Sequence record: KU935715.1
DNA length: 64,000 bases
Direction: 5' to 3' (one strand)
Source: Acinetobacter phage vB_AbaM_ME3
This document shows positions 47,065 to 56,824 of the stretch, in pieces. Each line of letters opens with the position of its first letter. The first letter of the stretch is position 1. Under the pieces are notes generated by a model. That model was not told where the DNA came from. It saw nothing but the letters and a program-made list of their open reading frames with translations, and made no database searches. The translations under genes and the position numbers were made by a program.

Positions 47065-47832
47065 TTACATGATTTCGTGCTTAACAAAAGCTTTAACCCA
47101 GAGTTTACAATCTTCTGATCTAACAATATCTTCAAAGTCATCAAAATCAATAACTCCTACTTTACGTTGTAGTTCAGGACTCTTACTAATAACATTTAAT
47201 AAAAGAGGAAGACCAGATTCTCTGTTTAACACTTTTTGACGTAAATCACCACAAAGTACCATCTTACCACCACCTTGACGGGTTACAGTAGAGATAGCAA
47301 TAGTTGTAGACATATCTTCAGCTTCATCAAAGATTACAAAATCTCGATTAGTAAATGACATGCCTTTAATAAATTCAGGTGCAAAACATAATATCTGTTC
47401 ACGTTTAATCAGGTATTCAACTAGTGTTGGAGTTAACTGTTTATTGAGAGTATCAATAATAGGCATCAACCAATACTTAGTTTTTTCAACTACATCACCA
47501 GGAAGTAATCCAATAGATTCTTCATCTGAAGTAGGTGTTCTAATTAAGATGATACGATCTATTTGCTTAGCACGTAACATCATTGCAGCCATCATAGTAG
47601 GAATATAAGTTTTACTTGTACCAGCTAAACCTGTAGCAATAGTTAAATTGCAATTTTCAATCATATGCATATATTGACGTTGTTTAGGATTACGTGGTGT
47701 TAGAGTGATCTTACGTTCTTGTAAAAACTTCTCAGAAATTACAGGATCATATTCTTTCTCTTCTAAAACTTTTCTACTATATTGGCTACTGCCACGTTCT
47801 GAATTTTTACCTTTAGAGTATCTTTTACTCAT
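47065..47832 (-). CDS. phoH: PhoH-like ATPase
   Basis: 255 aa; Walker A GLAGTSKT, Walker B VIFDEAED. Confidence 0.7.
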   Translation of the reverse strand: MSKRYSKGKNSERGSSQYSRKVLEEKEYDPVISEKFLQERKITLTPRNPKQRQYMHMIENCNLTIATGLAGTSKTYIPTMMAAMMLRAKQIDRIILIRTPTSDEESIGLLPGDVVEKTKYWLMPIIDTLNKQLTPTLVEYLIKREQILCFAPEFIKGMSFTNRDFVIFDEAEDMSTTIAISTVTRQGGGKMVLCGDLRQKVLNRESGLPLLLNVISKSPELQRKVGVIDFDDFEDIVRSEDCKLWVKAFVKHEIM

Positions 47833-48144
47833 TATTTAAACCTCGTGATTAGATTTAATTTTAGTTGTTGTAAACACACTGTTAATATGTATAGAGTACT
47901 AACACACCATACATAACTCTTGAGGCTATATAGAATTTGATAAGGAATAATAAAATAAAGACAGACTACCATAAGGTTACTTAATCAATAGTATATAATA
48001 AGGGTTTGCTGAGGTAGTCTTTAAAAGAAGGGTCATACTACAATTTTTTCAAAAGGTTTTAAAATATATAAACTTAGAGTATATATGAGTTTTTCTAAAA
48101 TAAATTGAAATTTTTTGCTGTGTGTAGTATTTAAAATTTGATAA

Positions 48145-48387
48145 CTAATCTTCTTTATTCAAATTAGACTTAATAAAATCTAAGAATTCAGAAGGAGTAG
48201 TAATAAGAAGTAAATGTTCGCAAAGAAGTTTTAATGAGTCTTTGCGAAAAGCTTCAACAGATTGATCAGATCTTCTATTATATACTAATCCAGTCTTCTT
48301 AGACTCTAAAGGTCGTACTTCATAAGATGTATATGTAAGTTTAATCTGATCTTCTGTTATATCAATATTGATATTTTCGTAAAGCAT
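48145..48387 (-). CDS. hypothetical protein
   Basis: 80 aa. Confidence 0.4.
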   Translation of the reverse strand: MLYENINIDITEDQIKLTYTSYEVRPLESKKTGLVYNRRSDQSVEAFRKDSLKLLCEHLLLITTPSEFLDFIKSNLNKED

Positions 48388-48388
48388 T

Positions 48389-48787
48389 TTATTCAGCTGA
48401 GAAATGAGACGTCACTTGAGAACGAATTAAGTCTGCTAATTCATTTTGAGCAGGAGCTTTACGTACTTTAAGATCTGTTCCTAAAGCTCCTAAACGGATT
48501 TCAACTGCACGAGGACTACGTTTAACTTTTAAAGCCACATTACGGAAGATTAATTTCCGTTCATCAGGAGTACTTAAATTAAAAGCTCCTGAAGGGGCTA
48601 AAGCAACAGCTGCATTGAAAGCTGCTACAACTTCTGCATCTTCAGCAGCAGTCCAACGACGACTAGAACGGTTATGAACTAAACGTGAGATAGCATTTGA
48701 TGATGCTGATACATTCCGTAGATCAGTCCAAAGTTGACGAGCAACTGCTGAAGAAGGACGTTCATTTTCTAAGATTTGTAAATACAT
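48389..48787 (-). CDS. hypothetical Ala-rich protein, compositionally atypical
   Basis: 132 aa; W-containing RRWTAAEDAEVVAAF segment; GC visibly higher than neighbours. Confidence 0.45.
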   Translation of the reverse strand: MYLQILENERPSSAVARQLWTDLRNVSASSNAISRLVHNRSSRRWTAAEDAEVVAAFNAAVALAPSGAFNLSTPDERKLIFRNVALKVKRSPRAVEIRLGALGTDLKVRKAPAQNELADLIRSQVTSHFSAE

Positions 48788-48789
48788 AA

Positions 48790-49107
48790 TTAATAGATTT
48801 CCAATTTTGATGGGGAATAATTTTCTTCAACATAAGATAAACTAGAGGTTTTAATTCTTAACCTACATTTAGTTTCTTTATCAAAGATCCAGACAAAGCG
48901 AGTCCAACTATGAGTCTTTAATACTCGTAGAGTTAAAGAGGATTCATAAACAAATAATATATATCTTTCAGGGTAATCAATAATTGTTTCTTTTAAAGAA
49001 TAGTCTCTAGAAAAATAATCAATGATTTGTGGTTCAATAGTTGAACTTGAATATAATATATTAGAAGAGGTTAAGCTTCGTTTAAAGTTTGCTAATTGTT
49101 TCTGCAT
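48790..49107 (-). CDS. hypothetical protein
   Basis: 105 aa. Confidence 0.4.
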   Translation of the reverse strand: MQKQLANFKRSLTSSNILYSSSTIEPQIIDYFSRDYSLKETIIDYPERYILFVYESSLTLRVLKTHSWTRFVWIFDKETKCRLRIKTSSLSYVEENYSPSKLEIY

Positions 49108-49588
49108 TTATTTCAGGTTCAATTTGTGCACATAAAAGAGTTTTATAGGACAGATTCAATTCTTCTGTTAAATACTTAAATAAAGTAGAACCGATAGGTC
49201 TAAGTTTTAATAAGTCATTTAAATCATAACCTAATAAAACTAATACATTAGTTATTACATCAAAGCAATGTAATCTTTCATTTGTATTGATTCCCCACAA
49301 CCATGAAATATAAGCTAATAAATCATAAGGTTTATTTAATGATTTCTGTATAAAATTTTCAATCAACTGAACATCATAATCAATTAAATCTAGTTTGAAT
49401 AAATAACATTTCCTATTAGGATTTTCTTCTAGTACAGAGGAAATATTAAATCCATTTCGATATAAGTTAGTATCATAATTCAAACCATTAAAATGAATAG
49501 ATGCATGTGTTATATTTGATTGTGTTAAGAAAGCAACTGATTGGCTTGCTAAGCTACTTTCTTCTAATTGATAGAGAATTATATACAT
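49082..49588 (-). CDS. hypothetical protein
   Basis: 168 aa. Confidence 0.45.
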   Translation of the reverse strand: MYIILYQLEESSLASQSVAFLTQSNITHASIHFNGLNYDTNLYRNGFNISSVLEENPNRKCYLFKLDLIDYDVQLIENFIQKSLNKPYDLLAYISWLWGINTNERLHCFDVITNVLVLLGYDLNDLLKLRPIGSTLFKYLTEELNLSYKTLLCAQIEPEINAETISKL

Positions 49589-49650
49589 TAATAAGATTAA
49601 CCACTGATAGTTAATTTATGAGGTTTTATTTAAACCATCAGAATTGTTTT

Positions 49651-49851
49651 TTAAAATTCACTGAATGGTTCAGGATCTTCTTCATCTGTTGAAACTTGTT
49701 TAAAGTACTTACCATTGTACCAGCCTTCAACGTCTTTTAACTTATAAAAAGTTTCAAATACTTTTATATCTTTTGCAATAACTTCATATTCAACATTCTC
49801 TTTTATTTGAGAACATTCAAGTGAAACTCCAGCTTTAAGGATTACAATCAT
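49651..49851 (-). CDS. hypothetical small acidic protein
   Basis: 66 aa; stop overlaps upstream gene. Confidence 0.4.
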   Translation of the reverse strand: MIVILKAGVSLECSQIKENVEYEVIAKDIKVFETFYKLKDVEGWYNGKYFKQVSTDEEDPEPFSEF

Positions 49852-50222
49852 TTTAAATCATCCTGATTCTTTAATAGGTGGCATTTAATTTGAGATAGGC
49901 TTTCTTTAATATCTTCTTGTTCCTCATGAGTAAATTCATTTCTATTCTTAATTAAAGCAGCTAGGATATGACTAATGACAGAAGGTATGATAAAGAAAAT
50001 CCAAAAATGACCACAGACAATAGCTAAAATCTTTCCTGCGATAGTGTGAGGAGAGTAGTCACCATAACCAATAGTAAGAGATGTAACACAAGCCCAATAT
50101 AAAGAGTCTAGATATGAAACACCTTCCAATAAAGAAAACAGTAAAGATGCTATAACTAAACTTAATAGATAAGCAAGAAATACATATCTAATATTATTTG
50201 CAATTAATAGAAAATAAGCCAT
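49848..50222 (-). CDS. minimal 2-TM potassium channel (pore helix + TIGYGD selectivity filter)
   Basis: 124 aa; TM1, then YWACVTSLTIGYGDYSP, then TM2; matches KcsA/Kcv-type architecture. Confidence 0.75.
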   Translation of the reverse strand: MAYFLLIANNIRYVFLAYLLSLVIASLLFSLLEGVSYLDSLYWACVTSLTIGYGDYSPHTIAGKILAIVCGHFWIFFIIPSVISHILAALIKNRNEFTHEEQEDIKESLSQIKCHLLKNQDDLK

Positions 50223-50362
50223 GAAATTCTCAAATATAAATAATTAAGAAGATATATGTAGTCCCTAAGGCACGACATCCACTTGTTTAAATTAGAGAGA
50301 TCGTCACCTCTCCCAAGCCGCTCTACTACATTGGCGTATACATATATCTTATTAATTATTCA

Positions 50363-50794
50363 CTAAACAATAATATAAACACAGTCTTCATTTACATAAG
50401 GATGTAATAATCTAATTGTACGTTTAACTAATTTAGCATAGTTATCTTTTAACAACCCACCAGCACCAATATCAATAAAGACTCTAGTGATATTTGAAAC
50501 TCCAGGTTTTCCTCTAATAGAAGAGGAATCAGTACAATTAATAGAAAAGAAATATCCACCTGTACTTTTAGTAAACTCTCTAGCAGCTGGAATCTTATTA
50601 GCTACATATAAGTCTGTTGACGGATTAAAAATTTCTTTAACTTCAGTTGTAGTTCCAAAGCCACGAGGAACAGAATGAATTAACACTCGATGCTCTAATG
50701 CTTGATAAACATCTTTTGTATCAATATTATGTTGTAAATTATATTGATGTATTCTTGGAATTTGAATTCCTAGGAATTCTTTTAAGTGGTTCAT
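50363..50794 (-). CDS. hypothetical protein
   Basis: 143 aa. Confidence 0.45.
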   Translation of the reverse strand: MNHLKEFLGIQIPRIHQYNLQHNIDTKDVYQALEHRVLIHSVPRGFGTTTEVKEIFNPSTDLYVANKIPAAREFTKSTGGYFFSINCTDSSSIRGKPGVSNITRVFIDIGAGGLLKDNYAKLVKRTIRLLHPYVNEDCVYIIV

Positions 50795-51033
50795 TAGTAT
50801 CTCCTAATGTACAGCTCTTCAGCAATATTTTAAAATTGGATCCTAGATCATTCACCTTACAATATAGACAAATCTAGGAAAATCTATATCAGGGTGCTAA
50901 TGAGAGGGCTTGCAAGCAGTGGTCACATCTCTAGCTGCTTATACTCCGCAGAATATAAGTACCGCGACTCAACTGGTGATCAATGCGAGAAATTTATTAC
51001 ATTGTCATTATTCCAGGAGTAATCTTTTAAATT

Positions 51034-51261
51034 TTAAAATAATTCAATAATATTCTCAGATAAGAGTTTACTAAGATCTTCATCTAATGGTTTGATTGTT
51101 TTAGCTCTTTCTTTAAGTGATTTTAAAATTTCTGGATAAAGAGCAAATGAATCATTATAAATAGAGAAGAAATCAAAAGTTGGTTTAGATATTGTTTGAG
51201 TAGAATCTGGATAACATTTAATATAAGGAACTCTATACATAATTACCAATTCCAGCACCAA
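51034..51261 (-). CDS. hypothetical protein
   Basis: 75 aa. Confidence 0.4.
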   Translation of the reverse strand: MVLELVIMYRVPYIKCYPDSTQTISKPTFDFFSIYNDSFALYPEILKSLKERAKTIKPLDEDLSKLLSENIIELF

Positions 51262-51337
51262 GGCTTATGCATTGTTGTAGGTCCATGACAAACAGGACAA
51301 TATTTTATTTCTTCTGTTGTAAAGCCTAAAATCTTTT

Positions 51338-51709
51338 TCATGTTTGTAGAGTTTCCTCTAAAACCACTCTAATATATTTTTGTCTATAATGAGATTCTAT
51401 ACGAAATTCTAAAGGAACTGATACTTTAAATCCTTGAGGTATCACAACTGAGTCTTTAACAAAATTTAAGAAATCTACATCACTAGGAAATATTTGTCTA
51501 TATTTTAACTTAAGAGGAACAGATACAATCCAATAATTATGATTAGGATGTAATTTAATTTCATCAATTAGTTTCTGATTAATATAATCCTCTAATTCAT
51601 TCTTAAGCTTATTAAAATATTGTTTTTTATAGTCATCATAGGTTACATAACTAGTGTTTTCTATGACTTTAGATCTTAGTTCTTTAAGAGTTTCTAATGC
51701 AGTTTTCAT
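51338..51709 (-). CDS. hypothetical protein (start trimmed to Met at 51709; upstream part of the track ORF overlaps a tRNA)
   Basis: ORF-track 51338..51847 N-terminal 46 codons coincide with tRNA-Ser; internal MKTALETLKEL start. Confidence 0.45.
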   Translation of the reverse strand: MKTALETLKELRSKVIENTSYVTYDDYKKQYFNKLKNELEDYINQKLIDEIKLHPNHNYWIVSVPLKLKYRQIFPSDVDFLNFVKDSVVIPQGFKVSVPLEFRIESHYRQKYIRVVLEETLQT

Positions 51710-51726
51710 AGTATACTCGGAGAATA

Positions 51727-51819
51727 TGGCGGAAAAGGAGGAAGTCGAATCCTCAAGGCACTTATTCAGTACTCGACGCATTTCAAGTGCGCTGCCATCG
51801 CCAGTTGGCTTGCTTTTCC
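51727..51819 (-). tRNA. tRNA-Ser(TGA), type II with long variable arm, CCA encoded
   Basis: GGAAAAG acceptor pairs CTTTTCC; 3-bp D-stem with GG in loop; anticodon stem GCGCA/TGCGT, loop CTTGAAA; T-arm GAGGA-TTCGACT-TCCTC; G discriminator + CCA. Confidence 0.65.
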
Positions 51820-51827
51820 ATGTATTA

Positions 51828-51962
51828 TTTTTTCTTTTCGTTATCATTATTACAAGCTGCGTTGCTTAAAGAACTGCACTTACTTTTAGGACCATCGAAA
51901 AACAAAGCATTTGTAATAGTAGGAGTAATAGAAAGAATAATTATAAATATAACATTTTTCAT
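51828..51962 (-). CDS. possible 44-aa secreted peptide (signal-peptide-like N-terminus), not in ORF track
   Basis: MKNVIFIIILSITPTITNALFFDGPKSKCSSLSNAACNNDNEKKK; speculative. Confidence 0.25.
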
Positions 51963-52009
51963 GATATACCTTAATATGGTGTAATCAATAGTTACCTTAC
52001 ATACATAAT

Positions 52010-52336
52010 TTATTGCTTCTTAGGATCAAATTCAATACCATGTTCGATCCAAGCAGTATTCATAGTTTCGATTTGAACATCAGCATAATACTTATCTAAG
52101 TCATCTGTTTTCAATGTAACACATTGGACACCAGGTTTATATGTATCTGTATAATACATCTTATTGGTAACTGCAAAAATTCTAATCCAAGCATACCTTA
52201 TAGTTCTTCCATCTTTTGTTGGAGGAGCAGGTGGGTCAACTTGAATATCAGCTTTACTTTTCTTTATTTTAAAAAGAACAACTATAAGTAAAATATTAAG
52301 AGCAACAAGAAAACCAATAATATGATAAGGAGTCAT
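52010..52336 (-). CDS. membrane-anchored hypothetical protein
   Basis: 108 aa; N-terminal TM helix. Confidence 0.45.
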   Translation of the reverse strand: MTPYHIIGFLVALNILLIVVLFKIKKSKADIQVDPPAPPTKDGRTIRYAWIRIFAVTNKMYYTDTYKPGVQCVTLKTDDLDKYYADVQIETMNTAWIEHGIEFDPKKQ

Positions 52337-52346
52337 AGTAAAACCT

Positions 52347-52565
52347 TTAAGGAGTGTTCTTAGATTTTAATTCTTTAGATAATATTTTTGCTTTCTCTAA
52401 AGCTTCATGCAAACGTTTTCTAATATCTTCTCTAGTAAGATTTTCATTTACATTAAACAAGGTAGTACCAGAATTAGGAAAAGCTTGATTCCACTTATTT
52501 CCTAATTCAACTAAATCAATAATTTCAGGATTAAGGGTTTCTTCATTAAGATTATTTGAACTCAA
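52347..52565 (-). CDS. hypothetical protein
   Basis: 72 aa. Confidence 0.4.
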   Translation of the reverse strand: MSSNNLNEETLNPEIIDLVELGNKWNQAFPNSGTTLFNVNENLTREDIRKRLHEALEKAKILSKELKSKNTP

Positions 52566-52851
52566 TTTTAAAATTTCCTAATAACTTAGAAATTATTTTA
52601 CTTATTTCTGGAGTAATCCTTGTAGTTAAAACTCCAGATGCCAATGATCTAATAGTAACCATATTATCATTTTTAGCATTAATGGTAATATTTAGAAGTC
52701 TTGTATTACTAATTGATATGACTTTATAAGGAATAGCTTCTTGCATATCATATGGAAGTTCAGGGACTTCACATAGATATGAAGTTTTAATTGAGACATC
52801 ATAGTTATTAATATCAATTTTATTTAAATAATCAATTACATCTTGATTCAT
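52552..52851 (-). CDS. hypothetical protein
   Basis: 99 aa. Confidence 0.4.
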   Translation of the reverse strand: MNQDVIDYLNKIDINNYDVSIKTSYLCEVPELPYDMQEAIPYKVISISNTRLLNITINAKNDNMVTIRSLASGVLTTRITPEISKIISKLLGNFKIEFK

Positions 52852-52879
52852 TTCTGTTTATCCTACAATAAAGTCTAAT

Positions 52880-53080
52880 TTATAATGCACTTAAAGTGAT
52901 ATTAAACTCTGGTAAAGGTACAATTATTCTATAATGAATATAAACTATATATACATAATTTTTAATATCTGTATAAATCGCTGTAATTTCAATTCCTTTT
53001 GACTCTTCAAGCCAATCATTTAGCTCTGTTTCTAATAATGCTTTACAAGATGCTTCAAATATTTTAATTCGATCATTCAT
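52880..53080 (-). CDS. hypothetical protein
   Basis: 66 aa. Confidence 0.35.
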   Translation of the reverse strand: MNDRIKIFEASCKALLETELNDWLEESKGIEITAIYTDIKNYVYIVYIHYRIIVPLPEFNITLSAL

Positions 53081-53281
53081 TATCTAAGCCTTTATGTATA
53101 GCAGGGTTAGTTTTTCTTGAGTTATTATATCTCTATCTTATAATGAAGAGTTATATACAATCTGCCTGATTCGCAACTTTGCGACATATTTATAATATAA
53201 AATGTAGGATTAGCGATTAACCAACTATTTACATATTTTTCTAAATCCATTGCGTTTAAAGCAGAAAACATTTTTATTTGA

Positions 53282-53539
53282 TTAATCATTACTAGAATTT
53301 TTAATTATCTCAGGATTTAGTTTAGTTCTAATAAACTCAACAAGACGTGCATCTTGAGAATCAGAACATACATTACAAATATTATCTACTACAGCATAAC
53401 ATCCAGTTTTATTTTCTCTCTCATTATACTCTTCAACTGTTAATTCTTTAACACCAGTTGTTCTTCTTTTACTTATATCAACATATTTTAATATTGTATA
53501 TAAGTATTCACCTGTGCAATTTTCTACTTGACATTTCAT
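53282..53539 (-). CDS. hypothetical Cys-containing small protein
   Basis: 85 aa; CQVENC...CNVCSDS. Confidence 0.4.
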   Translation of the reverse strand: MKCQVENCTGEYLYTILKYVDISKRRTTGVKELTVEEYNERENKTGCYAVVDNICNVCSDSQDARLVEFIRTKLNPEIIKNSSND

Positions 53540-53865
53540 TTAGGACTTACACCAATAATAGTTTTAGTTGTAGGATTAACATATTTGTATTTAATACTAA
53601 ACAAGAAAGAATCACCTACAGATCTGCAACCACGATAACAAGCCCAAAAATCATTTGAATAGATTTTAAATGTACCTAATGAAGTTCCATAAGAGTCTAC
53701 TAAATCTACATTGTGAGTAGTACGATCTAATTTAGCAATAGTTAGATATTGATTTTTATAACAAATGGGATTAGTTTGAGAGCATTCAGGAGAATTTTCT
53801 TTATAAACACAAGCTGAACTAATTAATAAAAAGAAAGAGCATAAGAGAAGTTTAAAAAGATTCAT
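53536..53865 (-). CDS. putative lipoprotein
   Basis: 109 aa; signal peptide with lipobox ISSAC. Confidence 0.5.
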   Translation of the reverse strand: MNLFKLLLCSFFLLISSACVYKENSPECSQTNPICYKNQYLTIAKLDRTTHNVDLVDSYGTSLGTFKIYSNDFWACYRGCRSVGDSFLFSIKYKYVNPTTKTIIGVSPK

Positions 53866-53868
53866 ATC

Positions 53869-54345
53869 TTATCTAACTCTATTAAAGAAAGTAATAGAGC
53901 CTTCATGAGGTATTGCAACTATTTCTAAAATTGAATGAATAGGATAATCAAAAGTACCAGGAACAAATTCATTCAATTCTTCTTTTAAACTATCAATATC
54001 TAATACATCAGAAATATTTAAAAGTTCTAAAGTATACTGTAATACTTCATTTTTATATGAGTAATATTCATCATCTTGCCAATTATATCTAAGGTTAGAA
54101 TTTTTATATTTAGTTCCTAATTCTTGTAAGGCTTTTCCAAATGCTTCGAAGAGTTCTCTATAAGTTGTCTGAAGTTTATTATAGGGCTCTCCCCAACCTT
54201 CGAAAACTTTTTTATTAAAATCAATAATATTGGTTTCAGTTACATAGTCAGCATCATTTTGATCAGCTTTAATTGAAACTACATATTTAGTCATTGAAGA
54301 ATACCTATTAATTATTATAATTATAAAATCTGGGACATGGAGCAA
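53869..54345 (-). CDS. hypothetical protein
   Basis: 158 aa. Confidence 0.45.
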   Translation of the reverse strand: MLHVPDFIIIIINRYSSMTKYVVSIKADQNDADYVTETNIIDFNKKVFEGWGEPYNKLQTTYRELFEAFGKALQELGTKYKNSNLRYNWQDDEYYSYKNEVLQYTLELLNISDVLDIDSLKEELNEFVPGTFDYPIHSILEIVAIPHEGSITFFNRVR

Positions 54346-54593
54346 CCATTTTTATATAACTTATGCATCTGCATTTGATATCTAAATCAAAGTTATATAC
54401 AGCATGTCAGAACTGGCTGTTATTTTAAGAGGCACAACTATCTCTAATAATCTCACGTTATTATCACCGACCTTCTTTATGGTAAGATTATCCACTTAGC
54501 ACAGGCTTGCTAAGAAGCAGTAATACTTCAGGTCTATTACTCAACCCTGATACGTCTAGTGTATCACTCTATTCTCTTTTGCGACAGAGAAAT

Positions 54594-54908
54594 TTAGTTT
54601 GAAGTTTTCACTTCTAATTCTTTTTGATATGTTTCAACAGTCTTTTTAAAATTATCTTTACGAAGAACATCTTCTTTATTATTATAATCTGTATCTATAA
54701 ATGAACATAATTTTGTTGTTTTAATAACTGTATGATATCGTCTAGGTTCTTCTTCTCTTTTAATCTCTTTACAGATAACATCATCTGCATGTAAATTATA
54801 ATCATACTCTTTAGGATCAGAGGTACATGCAATTAAAAGAGAAGATAAACTTAAAATATAAATATACTTCATAATATTTACTCTAAAAAGAGATGGGATA
54901 GTTGTCAA
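54594..54908 (-). CDS. putative lipoprotein
   Basis: 104 aa; lipobox LIAC. Confidence 0.5.
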   Translation of the reverse strand: MTTIPSLFRVNIMKYIYILSLSSLLIACTSDPKEYDYNLHADDVICKEIKREEEPRRYHTVIKTTKLCSFIDTDYNNKEDVLRKDNFKKTVETYQKELEVKTSN

Positions 54909-54945
54909 ATTTAAAAAATTGCCTATCCCATCTATTAATTGAAAA

Positions 54946-55320
54946 TTAGTTAGTATTTACTACAGGTGTTTCAACAATATACCTGCCAACTCTTTCTTCT
55001 ATTTGAGTAATACTCTTATTGGGGCAAGTCCAAAAATTATCATTGTAGTAATTATACTTAACACAACCTATGCTATTTGTTGTTATTTTAATAGGCCCAT
55101 TTTTATATTTATTATAAAGTTTTTGTTTTTCTTCTTGTATTCTTTTTGGTTCATAATATTTCTTATCAATTTTAATTTCAATAGGAACTAATATGAGGAA
55201 ACTTAAACTTATAATGAAAGTCTTTTTAGCATTTTTTGAATCATTATCTATAATAAACAACAGTGAGAAGAACAATAATAAAAGAAATGTAAACAATGTT
55301 AAACAAACAATAAGTATCAC
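54946..55320 (-). CDS. N-terminally membrane-anchored small protein (paralogue of 56824..57132)
   Basis: 124 aa; shared KYK.GPI.I......C..Y.YY.D.FW.C...SI..IEE.V motif. Confidence 0.45.
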   Translation of the reverse strand: MILIVCLTLFTFLLLLFFSLLFIIDNDSKNAKKTFIISLSFLILVPIEIKIDKKYYEPKRIQEEKQKLYNKYKNGPIKITTNSIGCVKYNYYNDNFWTCPNKSITQIEERVGRYIVETPVVNTN

Positions 55321-55391
55321 AGTAGCAAACCTTCTTTATCAGGAAACAATTTTAGTATTAACCAACGAAAGAAATTTTGCATAATACTTCT

Positions 55392-55691
55392 CTATTGACG
55401 TTTAGTAGCTATGTAATCAACACCATCAATAGTAACAACAGTTTGGAGACGAGTTGTCTTACCTTCTGTTACAGATTGATTTGTAGATACTGTTGAATTA
55501 GGACATCGAATAATATTTAATTCGTGATCCATAGTGTCAGCTTGAAATTTATAAAGTTTACAATCTTCTAGCCCTTTAGTCATTGCAAGAGCTTTGCCCG
55601 CTACATATTCTTGACCTGGAGTTGTTGTATTGGGTTTATTACAAGCAGTTAATAATAAAGCTGTTACAGTAATAATAAATAGTTTATTCAT
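55392..55691 (-). CDS. putative lipoprotein
   Basis: 99 aa; lipobox LTAC. Confidence 0.5.
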   Translation of the reverse strand: MNKLFIITVTALLLTACNKPNTTTPGQEYVAGKALAMTKGLEDCKLYKFQADTMDHELNIIRCPNSTVSTNQSVTEGKTTRLQTVVTIDGVDYIATKRQ

Positions 55692-56214
55692 AAGATAAAA
55701 ATTCTTTTAAGGTTTTAGCGACATTTAAAGAAAGATGAGTACCAACTAGCTGTAAAGGACATACTTTATCTTCAATTATAATTTGACGGATATCAGTTGC
55801 ATTTAAAGTATAATGACTGTGATCAATTATTACTTGAGTTGAATTATAAAGATTTTGTAGTAAGTTATTACTTTGAGTAGTAGCCGAATCTTTATTAAAG
55901 CAAACATTACAAAGTGTTGAAGACCCTACAATAGATTTTAATTCATTTTCAATAAATACTTTCCAATCTAAGTCCTTTACAAAATCAGGCAAAGCAACAA
56001 AAGTGAATCGATGTATATCATCTTTAAATGCTTGATAAAACAAATACTTCCTTTGATCTACAGAAAAAGGATTCTTTTGTGTTTTTGATTCTTGAGAAGA
56101 TCCAAGAAATACAATTACATTTTCTGCTTGATTTAAAGCTTCTTTTATTAGTTGTTCATGAGCTAAATGTAATGGTTGGAATCTTCCTACAACAAAAGCA
56201 TACTTAAACATCAT
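55684..56214 (-). CDS. cytidylyltransferase-fold nucleotidyltransferase, likely NMN adenylyltransferase-like
   Basis: 176 aa; VVGRFQPLHLAHEQL ((H/T)xGH-type motif). Confidence 0.55.
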   Translation of the reverse strand: MMFKYAFVVGRFQPLHLAHEQLIKEALNQAENVIVFLGSSQESKTQKNPFSVDQRKYLFYQAFKDDIHRFTFVALPDFVKDLDWKVFIENELKSIVGSSTLCNVCFNKDSATTQSNNLLQNLYNSTQVIIDHSHYTLNATDIRQIIIEDKVCPLQLVGTHLSLNVAKTLKEFLSYE

Positions 56215-56512
56215 TAAATCTCTTTTTCAAAGATAGGTATAATTCGTAATCTTCTTTTTTCTTTTGTTCAAGCCTTTCACGAATTTTATCTTCTTCTTCA
56301 TAAATGAATTGAACTAGATCTACACTTCCACGCACAGAATCAAATGTAGTTTCAGATAAAGGAATATTATTTGAATTACAAAAATTAAATACATCTATGA
56401 CAGACATATTTGTTATAGAATGACGTTTTGTATCTATAACACGAGATGTAGTTACAACATTACTTCCATCTTTTAACTTAATAGTTACATGTTTGTAAAT
56501 ACCATAAAGCAT
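56204..56512 (-). CDS. hypothetical protein
   Basis: 102 aa. Confidence 0.4.
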   Translation of the reverse strand: MLYGIYKHVTIKLKDGSNVVTTSRVIDTKRHSITNMSVIDVFNFCNSNNIPLSETTFDSVRGSVDLVQFIYEEEDKIRERLEQKKKEDYELYLSLKKRFNDV

Positions 56513-56515
56513 AGA

Positions 56516-56824
56516 TTAAGAACCATTAAGAAATTGTCTAGTTAACTCTCGCTCTTGCAAGACAGTTATATAATTTTTAGCAATCATTACACCTTGAACA
56601 TATCCTAACCAACGATGTTTCTTCGTTATAGATTGTTCTTGATTTAATAGTAATTCCTTTAACATCCATAAGAGATGAACATCATTTGTTTCATCACCCT
56701 CTAAAGGACGAATAACTAACGAAGGTGACTCAGTTTTATAAACTTCTAAATTAAGAATAGTTATATAACGATTAATAATGTTTTCACATTGAAGTTTAAA
56801 TTCTTCTATTACACTTATTGACAT
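56516..56824 (-). CDS. hypothetical protein
   Basis: 102 aa. Confidence 0.4.
   Translation of the reverse strand: MSISVIEEFKLQCENIINRYITILNLEVYKTESPSLVIRPLEGDETNDVHLLWMLKELLLNQEQSITKKHRWLGYVQGVMIAKNYITVLQERELTRQFLNGS

Noticed and set aside
50230-51010. GC-richer intergenic islands (50230-50360 and 50800-51010) as additional tRNAs
   Set aside because: They contain hairpins such as CTTATA/TATAAG and AGCAG/CTGCT. No acceptor/T-arm/anticodon combination could be assembled by eye, so they are left as unassigned structured non-coding sequence.
51710-51847. N-terminal 46 codons of track ORF 51338..51847
   Set aside because: This stretch coincides with a canonical tRNA-Ser(TGA). Coding here is implausible; the CDS was trimmed to the internal Met at 51709.
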